DNA of 64,000 nucleotides from an uncultured bacterium (GTDB taxonomy: Bacteria; Krumholzibacteriota; Krumholzibacteriia; JACNKJ01). Position numbers and translations under genes: made by a program. The notes under the pieces were generated by a model. It was not told the DNA's origin. It worked only from the letters and a program-made list of their open reading frames with translations, and searched no databases. The DNA lies in NCBI GenBank assembly GCA_963695095.1, contig CAVOFT010000001.1, positions 32,001-96,000 on the forward strand, read 5' to 3'. Positions 40,620 through 50,043 of the stretch are shown here, piece after piece (within the stretch, counting starts at the first letter, position 1; every line of letters starts with the position of its first letter).

Positions 40620-43085
40620 TCAGCGCGCCAGCACCAGCTTGCGGACCTGGCGCTCGCTGCCGGCGCGCAGCTCGCAGAAGTAGACGCCGCTGGGCAACTC
40701 GCGGCCGTCCGCCGCGCGGCCGTCCCAACTCAGTGCGTGCTCGCCCGCAGCGCGCTCGCCGTCAACGAGTACCCGCAGCAGGCGGCCGGCGGTGTCATGC
40801 ACGGCCAGGCGCACGTGCGCCACCGCCGGCAGGCGGTATTCGAGGCGCGTCGTCGGGTTGAAGGGATTCGGGTAGTTCGGCGCGAGGGTGAGAGCGCTTG
40901 CCGGCAGCTCGGGCACCCCGACGAAGACGCCGAACTCGGCGATCATCCAGTCGCTGAAGGCGGTCTGCTCGCCCACCGTGAGCCAGTTCGCCGCCTGGTC
41001 CACGGCGATCGGGTGCTTGGGCCCTTCCCAGGCCGCACCTCCCCAGCGCCAAAGCCCCAGGCTGTCCTCGTCGGCGCCGTTCAGCTCGTCGTCGAGGTAA
41101 CTCAGCGTGAGGTCGAAGAGCGCGCCCTCGCCCGTAGCGTCGATCGTGTAGTAGCGCTGCAGGCCGCCCGGCGCCAAGGGGTGTTGCTCGCCGGGATGCA
41201 CGAGCATGTCGATCGCGCTGAGCGTGCCCACTTCCGCCAGGTTGACCTTCGCCTTCACGCGGCCGCCGAAGAGGTATTCGCCGGCGCCGCCGATGGCACG
41301 CTGATGCCGGGTGCCCGTGTACTCGAAGGCGCCGATGTCCACGCACCAGCCGCCATTGGCGGGCACCGCGGTGGCCGGGCTGCCGGTCTCGATGCAGGGC
41401 GAGTCGTAGAGCAGGGTAAAATCGCGGGCCGCGGCGTCCGTGAAGCGCGGATCCCCGAGCTGCTCGTACTGCGAGGTGATGAGCGCGTTCGTGTTGCCGA
41501 TCGCGTTCCCGTGGAAAGCGTTGTAGCCGATGGCGAAGGCGATCGCCGCGTGAGCGCCGATGCCGTCACTGCCCGCGACGTCGTGGTCGCAGACGATGTT
41601 GTTCTCCACGTAGGAGGCCGCGCTCGTGCCCAGATAGATTCCGCTGCCGGCGCCTCCCTCGATGGGATCGAGGGTATTCGCGTTGCCGACGACGGTGTTG
41701 TTGCGCAGCGACGTGCGGTAGCCGCCGCCGGTGTAGATGCCCCCACCGTAGCCGACGTCCTCGGTGCTGGCGACGTTCCCCCAGACCACGTTGCGCTCGA
41801 TCGTATTGGTCGACTCGTAGGTAATGCCGCCACCGTACCCGATGCCGTGTACGCAGGCGGTGTTGCCGATGATGGCATTCTCCCGGAAGTCCGTGTTGCT
41901 GTCCGCGAGAAAGGCGCCGCCACCCGAGCCAGTGTGGCCGGCGCTGGTCGACGTCGAGGCCCGATTGTCTTCGATCCAGTTGCCGCGGATGACGGCACCG
42001 CTGCCCGTGCAGATACCGCCGCCGCTGCCGTTGCCGCGCACCGAGGACACGTTCCCCGTGATGCTGCAATCGAGGATCTGCACGCCGGTACCGTTGACCA
42101 GATTGATGCCCCCGCCGCTGCCCTGGCCGCCGCTGGCCTCCGCGGCGACGTTGTCCGTGATCGTGCAGTTCTGCACAACGGCGGTACTGGCATAGCAGTA
42201 GAGGCCGCCCCCGTTGCCGCCCACGCCCGAACTCAGGGTCGAGGCGGTGTTGCCCGCAATCTCGCACTCGCGGAGTTCGCCGCTGCCGCCGTAGTAGGCG
42301 ACGCCCCCGCCGCCGCCGACACGGGCCGTGGAGCCGCGGTTGCCGACGATCGCGCAGTCGTGGATCTCGGCATAGCCGCTGCTAGCAACGTACACGCCGC
42401 CACCGTAGGCGTACCAGGCGCTGGAGCCGGTATTGTTGTCGATCCGGCAGTGGCGGATCTCGGCCGCCGTGCCCGCGCCACGCACGCTGATGCCGCCGCC
42501 GTTGCCGTTGAAGGTGTGGCCGGCCAGGTTGCCAGTGATCCGGCAGCGCTCCACGATGGGATCGGCGCCGCCGTTCACGTCCAGCCCGCCACCGTAGCCG
42601 TAGTTGGGATCGCCCTCGCTGGTGCCGTCGCCGCCGGTGAGTGTCAGGCCGCGCACGATCGTCACCGAGCTCACCGCGGCGCCGCTGATCGTCATCACGC
42701 GGCAGGTGGCGTCGGCCTGCACGATGCACTGGCTCGAGTCCGGCAGCGCCGCGTCCCAGCTCGCATGCGTGCCGTCGTCCGAGCCGAGGCAGCGATCGCT
42801 GCTCAGGACGACGGCCTCGCCGACCGGGTAGAGGCCGTACTTGACCAGGATGGTGTCGCCGGCCGCCGAGGCGGCGATGGCCGCCGCGAGCGTTTGCTTG
42901 GCCGTGGCCCAGGCGAGGCCGTCGCCGCTGTTGTCCGGCTGCGCAGCGTCGGCGAACCAGGTGGCCGCGCGGGCTTCAGCCCCGCCCCCGGGGGCCGGCC
43001 CGAGCGCCAGTACAGTGGCCAGGAGTGCCGCGGCATGGACCTGCCAGGCTGTGATCCCGAGCGGAGAACGACGATGGAAGCCCAT
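40620..43085 (-). CDS. secreted right-handed beta-helix (GGG/GGA..N repeat) protein with FlgD-Ig/T9SS-type C-terminal domain
   Basis: DG..WATA, repeated GGG(I/V)..C.I.GN.A, DP.F..SPCI..DIGAFE, NYPNPFNP..WDGR..SGVYF. Confidence 0.9.
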   Translation of the reverse strand: MGFHRRSPLGITAWQVHAAALLATVLALGPAPGGGAEARAATWFADAAQPDNSGDGLAWATAKQTLAAAIAASAAGDTILVKYGLYPVGEAVVLSSDRCLGSDDGTHASWDAALPDSSQCIVQADATCRVMTISGAAVSSVTIVRGLTLTGGDGTSEGDPNYGYGGGLDVNGGADPIVERCRITGNLAGHTFNGNGGGISVRGAGTAAEIRHCRIDNNTGSSAWYAYGGGVYVASSGYAEIHDCAIVGNRGSTARVGGGGGVAYYGGSGELRECEIAGNTASTLSSGVGGNGGGLYCYASTAVVQNCTITDNVAAEASGGQGSGGGINLVNGTGVQILDCSITGNVSSVRGNGSGGGICTGSGAVIRGNWIEDNRASTSTSAGHTGSGGGAFLADSNTDFRENAIIGNTACVHGIGYGGGITYESTNTIERNVVWGNVASTEDVGYGGGIYTGGGYRTSLRNNTVVGNANTLDPIEGGAGSGIYLGTSAASYVENNIVCDHDVAGSDGIGAHAAIAFAIGYNAFHGNAIGNTNALITSQYEQLGDPRFTDAAARDFTLLYDSPCIETGSPATAVPANGGWCVDIGAFEYTGTRHQRAIGGAGEYLFGGRVKAKVNLAEVGTLSAIDMLVHPGEQHPLAPGGLQRYYTIDATGEGALFDLTLSYLDDELNGADEDSLGLWRWGGAAWEGPKHPIAVDQAANWLTVGEQTAFSDWMIAEFGVFVGVPELPASALTLAPNYPNPFNPTTRLEYRLPAVAHVRLAVHDTAGRLLRVLVDGERAAGEHALSWDGRAADGRELPSGVYFCELRAGSERQVRKLVLAR

Positions 43086-43784
43086 GATCCCGTCCCTTCC
43101 CAAGCCGGTTGCGAGGGCCGGCCGGCAACGCAGCTCAGCGCCGGCAGTGCCCGCGGACAAGGAGCCAGGGAGTAGGAACCTCGGGTGGCGGCGCCGTCAC
43201 AGCCAGTGGCGGCGAAATCGCGCCCTGGAGGGTGCGGGCGCCAGCCGATCAGGGCCGTTCGGGCGGCTGTTCGTCCAGGCGGAGGATGTGCGCCCGCGCC
43301 TACCTGTTGATCAGCCAATCGTAGCGCTTGGCGAAGCGCGTGAGTCCGTTCACGAAGGGTCGGGCCAGTCCGCGGGGCTGCAAGACCAGCACTGCCGCAT
43401 GGAACGTGCCCGCGCGGAGCGCTTGATCGGAGACCCGGCTTCATCGCGGGAGGCGATGCGCACGTTCATCAGGGTATGGGCCGCGCCACGAACGATGTGC
43501 TTCTCCATGGCGCGGGCGCGGGCGAAGTCGCGGCTGGTGGCGTGGGTCCGGTGCATCTCGAGCGGATTGCCGTGGCTGGCTTCCTGGAAGATCTCGTGGA
43601 GTGGGCAAACCACGATGACGTGCGCAAGGCGCTCCCGGGTGCGCCGAATGACCGCGTGGACTTCCCTCGGCTTCAAGTGCTCGCGGGGCCGCAGCTCGGC
43701 GAGTTGCTACCCGAGGATCTAGTCGCGGCAGGCAGCGCTGGTGCCATGTGGCTGCGCCGCGCGCCGGCGCCGGCGGCGCCAGTT

Positions 43785-44648
43785 CTAGAGCATGAAGCCC
43801 AATGAAAACTGCGTCAACACGTAGAAGCCGTCCACGCCCGGGCGAATGCCGGCTTCGACCCGCCCCCCCAGGTGGCGCCGGGCCCCTTCCACCCCGATGC
43901 GGCCGCCGTACTTGCTCTCGGTGAACCCGGAGAGCTCAGGATCCTTGTACTCCAGGCTGCCCGCGACCAGCACGTCGGCGTAAACCGTGCGCCAGAGCCC
44001 CTCGTTGTAGTAGACCCGGGTCTTCGCCAAACCGAGGTAGAAGCCGCTCATCGTGTGATTGGTGAAGGTGAGGTCGCGCAGGTTCGGGTCGACGGCGGTG
44101 CCGTCCGCATCGAGGATCGTGTCGTCGTCCTTGCCCAGGTCCGCCGGCATCCCCGATTCCAGACCCAGCACACCGGCGCGAATGCCGTAGAGCTGGTGCT
44201 CTGAGGCCAGCCAGGAGTACTTCGTCGAGTGCGTGGTGATCGTCTCCTGTCCGGTATAGCGGTCCCGGCCGCTGGTCGTCGAGTCGTACCGCTGAGTGGT
44301 GTTCCCGAACTTCCCGGTCCTGACGATCAGGTTGATCTGCGCGCCAGCCTCCCAGGAGGTGAAGGGTTTGAGTTCAGGTGTGGCCGGCATCAGGTAGTAG
44401 TCTTCGTATTCGGTGGCGTTGCCGTTCGTGAAGTACGAGCTGCTGTAGCGGCCTTGCAGGAGCAGTCGCTTGTTCGGAAAGAAGGAAGCCTCCGCCCCGG
44501 CGCCCCAGTTGAGTTGATTGAACTTGTTCATCTCGATGTAGGCGATCTGCGCGCGCACATTGAGACCTACCCAGCTCTCGCGCGCCGAGGCCTGGGCTGC
44601 CAGGCCGAGCGTGAGCGTCAAGACCGCCGCAGTGAACAGACGTGCCAC
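43785..44648 (-). CDS. exported hypothetical protein, probable outer-membrane beta-barrel
   Basis: GGAGG-N4-GTG, signal peptide (ASA), alternating strands, ends QFSLGFML. Confidence 0.7.
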   Translation of the reverse strand: MARLFTAAVLTLTLGLAAQASARESWVGLNVRAQIAYIEMNKFNQLNWGAGAEASFFPNKRLLLQGRYSSSYFTNGNATEYEDYYLMPATPELKPFTSWEAGAQINLIVRTGKFGNTTQRYDSTTSGRDRYTGQETITTHSTKYSWLASEHQLYGIRAGVLGLESGMPADLGKDDDTILDADGTAVDPNLRDLTFTNHTMSGFYLGLAKTRVYYNEGLWRTVYADVLVAGSLEYKDPELSGFTESKYGGRIGVEGARRHLGGRVEAGIRPGVDGFYVLTQFSLGFML

Positions 44649-44964
44649 GGAACCTCCAAGTGCGGATTCCCCGGTTCGAGCATCGGTGAGATGGAGGGCG
44701 ACGGAGCGGCGGCGAGGCCCGGTCGGGCCACCGCCATCGTTGCGCTCAGCGCGCGAAACTCAGTGGCCCCCCGGTTTGGCCCTGCGATCGAGACCCAGCG
44801 TACCGGTGCCACCAGGCAGAGTCAATCATCGCAATTATAGATCTCTGGATCGCGGAACCTAGAGGTCAAGAGGTCCAGAGTTCCTGGTGCCGGAGCCATG
44901 CCCCGCCTGCAGGGTGCGGTAGCCGCTGCGGGGTGCGGCGCAGGTCGGGGCCGTTCGGCGGGCT

Positions 44965-45090
44965 CTTTCGATGGAACGCAGGCCGCCCAGCCGTCCCAGG
45001 CGGGGTTCCGGGTCAGGCGCAGCGGGGAGCTGCTGACCCGATTCACCTGGTAGACCTCGAAACTGCCGTCGCGCAGCTCGCTGGCGACCG
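44965..45090 (-). pseudogene. remnant of a TolB/PD40-repeat C-terminus
   Basis: SELRDGSFEVYQVNRVSSSPLRLTRNPAWDGWA resembles S.RDGN.EIY..RLT..PA.D..P; no start or upstream repeats. Confidence 0.45.
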
Positions 45091-45141
45091 ATCCGCAGGC
45101 GACTTGCATCGGCCACCTGCGACTGTCAACGGGCGCGCGCC

Positions 45142-46506
45142 CTAGGACTTCCGCGCGAAGAGGAAGAGGGTCTTGACCGGCTGCGACTTGCCGCCGACTT
45201 CCAGCAGCGGATAGGCCAGGAAGTTGATCGGGCCGGAGGCCGGACCCGGATCGAGGACGAGGTCGCGGCCGCGAGTGAACTCGAAGCGGTTGGCCGGGTG
45301 ATGGCCGAAGAAGTAGGCGCTCAGCCCGCTGAACTTGTCGGCCTCGCTGATGTCCACTGGCCACCACTTGCCCTCGGCGTAGAACTCGGCCCAGCAGTGG
45401 TAGCCGTCGGTGCCGCCTTCGTCGCGCTCGGACGGGATCGACGCGCCGATCGCGAAGCGGGCCGGGATGCCGATTGTCCGGGCAAGGCCGATGAAGTAGG
45501 CGTGATAGTCCGTGCAGTTGCCGTACTTGGTGCTGCAGGCGAAGACGGCGTCGCCCTTGCCCCAGCCTTCGCCGAACTTCATGTAGCGCATCTGATCCAT
45601 CACGTGGTCATAGAGGGCGCGGGCCCGCGCCAGATCGCCCTGCTGGCCGGCGACCGCCGCTTCGGCGATCGCCTTGATCCCATCGTCGGCCGGCACCATC
45701 GTCTCCGGCCGCAGTGACCTGGACGCTGTTTCCGGGTCGCCGGCGTAGGCGCCCTTCTCCTGGCGGACCACCTCGTAGACGATCTCGATCGTCTGGCCGC
45801 TGTCGGCCGGCGTCAGCTCCAGGAAGAGCACCCGGTTGCCATGGGCGCTGTCCGTGAGGGTCTTCCGCACGCCCGGCGCGCGCACCGACTTGACGGTCAC
45901 CTGCTGAAAGTCGTCCGTGGCGGCCAGTGGAATCCAGCAGCGGGCGTCCTCCGCGATCGCCGGCAGGGTCGCCTGGTAACGAAACTCGAAGGCATCCTCG
46001 CCGGTCAGCACGCCCAGCAGATCATCGGCGGCATCGTCGACGGCAGCGCGCACCCAGTAGCCTTCATCGGTCTGCTGCCAGAGGTAGTAGGGCCGGCCGT
46101 TGAGCTTGTGGACCGTCGTCTCCGTCACGGCCATCGCGCCGGGATCGCCTGTCATGAAGAAGTCGATGTCATAGAACTGGCCGTCGGCGCTCGCCATGTC
46201 CACGCAGGCGAAGTGCTGCCGCGGCGCCAGCGTGGCCAGGTACTCGACGTGGACGCGCACCAGGCGGAGCTCGAGCTCTTCCCCGGCGAAGGGAACACGG
46301 AAGAACCCCTCGCCCCGGACGACCTCCGCGGCGATGTGCTTCTCGATGCCCGCTCGGATGTCGTCGGTGACGATCGGCGGGGCCTCCGACGCCTGCTCGC
46401 CCGCGGTGGCCGACCTGGGCGTGAATGCCGACAGCCCGATCGCCAGCGAGAGGAGGAGGGCGCCGGCCGCTGCGAGCGCTCGGAAGAGGATTCGCGGATT
46501 GAGCAT
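45142..46506 (-). CDS. exported transglutaminase-like protein with extra N-terminal domain
   Basis: GNCTDYH, GYHCWAEF, W.PVD catalytic triad motifs; signal peptide. Confidence 0.88.
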   Translation of the reverse strand: MLNPRILFRALAAAGALLLSLAIGLSAFTPRSATAGEQASEAPPIVTDDIRAGIEKHIAAEVVRGEGFFRVPFAGEELELRLVRVHVEYLATLAPRQHFACVDMASADGQFYDIDFFMTGDPGAMAVTETTVHKLNGRPYYLWQQTDEGYWVRAAVDDAADDLLGVLTGEDAFEFRYQATLPAIAEDARCWIPLAATDDFQQVTVKSVRAPGVRKTLTDSAHGNRVLFLELTPADSGQTIEIVYEVVRQEKGAYAGDPETASRSLRPETMVPADDGIKAIAEAAVAGQQGDLARARALYDHVMDQMRYMKFGEGWGKGDAVFACSTKYGNCTDYHAYFIGLARTIGIPARFAIGASIPSERDEGGTDGYHCWAEFYAEGKWWPVDISEADKFSGLSAYFFGHHPANRFEFTRGRDLVLDPGPASGPINFLAYPLLEVGGKSQPVKTLFLFARKS

Positions 46507-46599
46507 GTTCACCCCTGCCTGGCGATGGTGTAGATGGAGTGGAAGCGGCAACCAGCCTGGTTGCCGCTTCCGGCTGGTGGCTCTGGACCCGAGGGCGAA

Positions 46600-47184
46600 C
46601 TAGTGCCCCGGATGGTCCTTGGGCTTCGCGGGCGCGGCCTCCCCTGTGGCAACAGGCGGCAGCACCACGGTATCGATGACGTGGATCACGCCGTTGGTCG
46701 CGGCGATGTCGGTCTTGAGCAGCTTGGCACCGTTGACCATGACGCTCTTGCCCTCGACCTTGATGTCGAGTTCCTGGCCATTGGCCGTCTTGACCTTCAT
46801 CGTCTTCACATCGGCCGCCATCACCTTCCCGGGCACGACGTGGTAGCTGAGGATGCCGGCGAGCATGCCCTTGTTCTCGGGCTTGAGCAGCTCGTCCAGG
46901 GTGCCGGCCGGCAGCTTCGCGAAGGCCTCATCCGTGGGCGCGAAGACGGTGAAGGGGCCCTTGCCCTGCAGCGTCTCCATCAGGCCGGCGGCCTTGATTG
47001 CGGCGACCAGGGTCTTGAAGTTTCCCGCTCCGGATGCGACGGCAACGATGTCGCCCGCCTTCGCCGGGTGCTCGGCCTTCGCCGGATGCTCGGTCGTCGT
47101 CGGATGCTCCTGTGCCAGCGCCAGGTAGGGCAGGGCGGCCAGGATCAGCAGGCCGCTGAGCGCGGCAGTCCGCATGGATTTCAC
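46600..47184 (-). CDS. fasciclin (FAS1) domain protein
   Basis: [34 protein letters not shown] with GTG; EHP repeats. Confidence 0.92.
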   Translation of the reverse strand: MKSMRTAALSGLLILAALPYLALAQEHPTTTEHPAKAEHPAKAGDIVAVASGAGNFKTLVAAIKAAGLMETLQGKGPFTVFAPTDEAFAKLPAGTLDELLKPENKGMLAGILSYHVVPGKVMAADVKTMKVKTANGQELDIKVEGKSVMVNGAKLLKTDIAATNGVIHVIDTVVLPPVATGEAAPAKPKDHPGH

Positions 47185-47272
47185 GGTTTCTCCTATCGAT
47201 CGGGCTTGGGGATTCGCAGGTGGCTGGGCCAGGCCGGCCGGCACGCTCGAGTGCGGGCGTCTGCTTAGTCTT

Positions 47273-47307
47273 GGGAACAAGCTAGTGTTCCCGGAGGGAT
47301 GCCGCAA
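47273..47307 (-). promoter_or_regulatory. promoter with palindrome over the -10
   Basis: TTGCGG-N17-TAGCTT; GGGAACA-N6-TGTTCCC at 47273-47292. Confidence 0.55.
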
Positions 47308-47386
47308 TCGTTCGGCAGGGTTCGCTCACCCTCGAGACTGGGCCCGCACGCCCCCGGTCCGCGGACGGAGGCAGGGGATTCCTCGA

Positions 47387-48394
47387 TCAGCCGATGCCGG
47401 CTGTAAGCAGCACCGCAGCCCCGCGCAGGGCGCCCGCGGCGAGATCGGCAAGCGCCTCGTTGGCCTCCGCGAGCGGATAGCTCCTCACGTCCGGTCGCAG
47501 GGGGATGGCCGCCGCCAGCTCGAGCAGCTCGCGGGCATCCGCGGCGGTGAAGTTGGCCACCGTGCGCAGCACGCGCTCGCCGTAGAGCAGGCGATAGGGC
47601 AGCTCCGCGATCGGACTCATGTGGATGCCGGCCAGGGTCTGCACGCCACCCGGCCGCAGCAGGGCAAGCGCCGGCGCCACCGTGCCGCCCGCGGGGGTGA
47701 AGTTGACCAGCCCGTCCAGGGGCCAGGGCGGCGTCTCCTCCAGCGTCCCGGCCCACTCGGCGCCGAGTTCGAGCGCGTGGCGCCGGTGCGCCTCGCGCCG
47801 GCTGATCACCGCCACGCGCATCTCTAGGTGCCGCGCCACCTGGATCGTCAGATGCGCAGACGCTCCGAAGCCGAGCAACCCGAGCCTTCCGCCCGGCTCC
47901 ACGCCGGAGAGCCGCAGTGCGCGATAGCCGATGATGCCGGCGCAAAGCAGCGGCGCGGCGTGCAGGTCGTCCAGTGCATCCGGCAGCGCGTGGCAGGCCA
48001 CGGCCGGCACGACGAGCTGCTCGGCGAAACCGCCGTTGATATGAAAGCCCGTGAAACGCACCGCCTCGCAGAGGTTCTCCCGCCCGGCCAGACAGGCTTC
48101 GCAGCGCCCGCAGCTCGCGGCCAGCCAGCCCACGCCCACGCGTGTGCCCGGCGCGGGGCCGTCCACGCCGGCGCCCAGGGCCAGCACCCGGCCCACCACC
48201 TGGTGCCCCGGCACGATGGGCAGGCGCGGCGGCGTCAGATCCCCCTCGACGATGTGCAGGTCCGTGTGGCAGACCCCGCAGGCGCTCACCGCCAGCGACA
48301 GCTCGCCCGGCCCCGGCGCCCGCGCCTCCCGCTCTTCAAAGCGCAGCGGCGCACCGCCGATGGGCCCTTGGCGATGGAGTACGATCGCTCTCAC
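47387..48394 (-). CDS. zinc-binding alcohol dehydrogenase family protein
   Basis: CGVCHTDLH, GHQVVG, CGRCEAC..ENLC, LLCAG.IGYR, GFGASAH. Confidence 0.92.
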   Translation of the reverse strand: MRAIVLHRQGPIGGAPLRFEEREARAPGPGELSLAVSACGVCHTDLHIVEGDLTPPRLPIVPGHQVVGRVLALGAGVDGPAPGTRVGVGWLAASCGRCEACLAGRENLCEAVRFTGFHINGGFAEQLVVPAVACHALPDALDDLHAAPLLCAGIIGYRALRLSGVEPGGRLGLLGFGASAHLTIQVARHLEMRVAVISRREAHRRHALELGAEWAGTLEETPPWPLDGLVNFTPAGGTVAPALALLRPGGVQTLAGIHMSPIAELPYRLLYGERVLRTVANFTAADARELLELAAAIPLRPDVRSYPLAEANEALADLAAGALRGAAVLLTAGIG

Positions 48395-48409
48395 GCGAAA
48401 CCTCCCTGC

Positions 48410-48500
48410 TTGCGAGTGCGGGTTTCGCTCGCGCGACTCTGAGCCGCAGGCGAAGCGGAGCGCGGCGAAACCTGCACGAGCAACCCGAAGCGGAGCGCGA
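48410..48500. repeat. REP-like intergenic inverted repeat
   Basis: TTGCGAGTGCGGGTTTCGC ... GCGAAACCTGCACGAGCAA arms, plus direct repeat CGAAGCGGAGCGCG twice. Confidence 0.55.
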
Positions 48501-48506
48501 GGAAAC

Positions 48507-49046
48507 CTACTTGAGCAGTTTGAAGGGCTCGAAGGTCATGAAGTCCGCGTGGTGGACGATCAGCCCCTCGATCGTGCGCTGGCCGGCGTCGCCCTCTTTC
48601 GCGTGCATGGCGATCATGTGGCAGACCCCCACCGGCAGGTCGAAGCGCATGGCCAGGCCGACGCCGCTGAAGGGGTGGCGCAGCAGCGAGCCGTAGTTGC
48701 TCTGCACCACCTTGCCCGCGGCATCCTTCTCGTACTCCAGCAGCTTGCCGACATCGATGAGAATGGCCCCGCTGATCAGCTCGTCCATATTGATCGGCAG
48801 CATGTCGCCGTAGAACTCGCGCATGATGCGCGCGCTCTCCCGGCAGACGTGCACCACGCTGCGCTTGTGCGCCATGAAGCTGACGGCCTTCTTCGTGAGC
48901 AGGGTGAAAGGGATCGTCTCCAGATCCTCCGCGCCGAGCGGACTCTGGGCGATGGCGTACTCCCAGACCGCGGCGGTCTGCTCGCGGAGGTCGGCGTTCT
49001 CGATCCAGTCCAGCTCGGGCCAGAGCTTCTTCACGGTCGCGTTCAT
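48507..49046 (-). CDS. HD-fold metal-dependent phosphohydrolase-like protein
   Basis: H..SV, AILIDVGKLLEY, RH..SG, H.IA.H, IVHHAD; GGAGG RBS. Confidence 0.8.
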   Translation of the reverse strand: MNATVKKLWPELDWIENADLREQTAAVWEYAIAQSPLGAEDLETIPFTLLTKKAVSFMAHKRSVVHVCRESARIMREFYGDMLPINMDELISGAILIDVGKLLEYEKDAAGKVVQSNYGSLLRHPFSGVGLAMRFDLPVGVCHMIAMHAKEGDAGQRTIEGLIVHHADFMTFEPFKLLK

Positions 49047-49828
49047 CGTGCCTCCGGTGATTGGTGGTTGAGACTCCCGTCGTCCGGGGCCGCTGGCGCG
49101 TCGCCGCGGGCCGCCTCGACGTCGAAACGCAGAACATGCTTGCCGATCCCGGCCGTGAGCTGCGTCAGGCGGCCCTCCGCGTCGAAGCGGAACTCGCCCT
49201 TGGCGCGCCGCTTGCGCTCGGCGGCACCCTGCGTGACGGTGTCGAGCCGATAGCGGTAGGTCCAGGACTCGCCGCCCTCCGTCGCGGGCTCGTCCTGGGC
49301 GCCGCGCTCGCTGGGCTCGCCCAGCAGCTCCGCCAGACGCGCCCTGTCCGGCAGCTGCGCGGCCAGTTGCTCGCGCGCCAGGCGCGCCCGCGCCGAACGC
49401 TCGCTGCGGTCCACGTCGGCGCTGCCGAGGGCGGCCAGCAGCTCGCGCAGGCTCTCCTCGGGATAGAGCTGCGTGAACTGGGTCGGGAATTCGATGCGCG
49501 CCAGCCGATCCTCGGCGAAGCCGAGCCGGTAGACCAGGGGCGCCGTTCCGTCGGCCGGCTCCTTGAAGAAGGCGTAGACCCGCCACTCGAGGCCATCGCC
49601 CTGCTCGTAGCGGCTGGGCGCCACTTCCATGAGGCCCTCGACATCGCCACCGTCCAGCAGGGGATGCAGGCAGACGAGCGCGTAGCTGCTGTCGCTCGCG
49701 AAGGCGAAGTGGGCGCTGAAATCATTGAGCTGGTGCTTGAATTTGAGGAGCCGCCAGTAGACGCAGCCGCTGCCGGTCACCACGCCGACCGCCAGGAGAA
49801 CCAGAAGTGTCCGGCGTAGCAGGATCAT
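49043..49828 (-). CDS. hypothetical lipoprotein
   Basis: Hydrophobic leader ending GSGC; ATGA overlap with downstream gene. Confidence 0.7.
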   Translation of the reverse strand: MILLRRTLLVLLAVGVVTGSGCVYWRLLKFKHQLNDFSAHFAFASDSSYALVCLHPLLDGGDVEGLMEVAPSRYEQGDGLEWRVYAFFKEPADGTAPLVYRLGFAEDRLARIEFPTQFTQLYPEESLRELLAALGSADVDRSERSARARLAREQLAAQLPDRARLAELLGEPSERGAQDEPATEGGESWTYRYRLDTVTQGAAERKRRAKGEFRFDAEGRLTQLTAGIGKHVLRFDVEAARGDAPAAPDDGSLNHQSPEAR

Positions 49829-50043
49829 GGGCTTGCTCCGGCCCCCAAGCTAGCAGAGGCCGCCAGCCCTGTCCAGGCAACCCAATTTCCGTCTGTCGAA
49901 ACGAACGGGAGCCGCCCGCTTCTTCCCGGTCCGGCCGCGTTTCTTCTCAAGCCGCCCGCCATTGCTGTCGATTATTGCATTGTTGTCGATCGATCCGCTT
50001 CAAGCTGCCCCGGGCACGGATGGATAGGGGAGGCCTGGCAGGG

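Noticed and set aside
44690..44800. c-di-GMP riboswitch in the leader (CAGGGCCAAACC)
   Set aside because: Lacks the GNRA-capped P2 and the GCAAA junction; only a generic hairpin is supported
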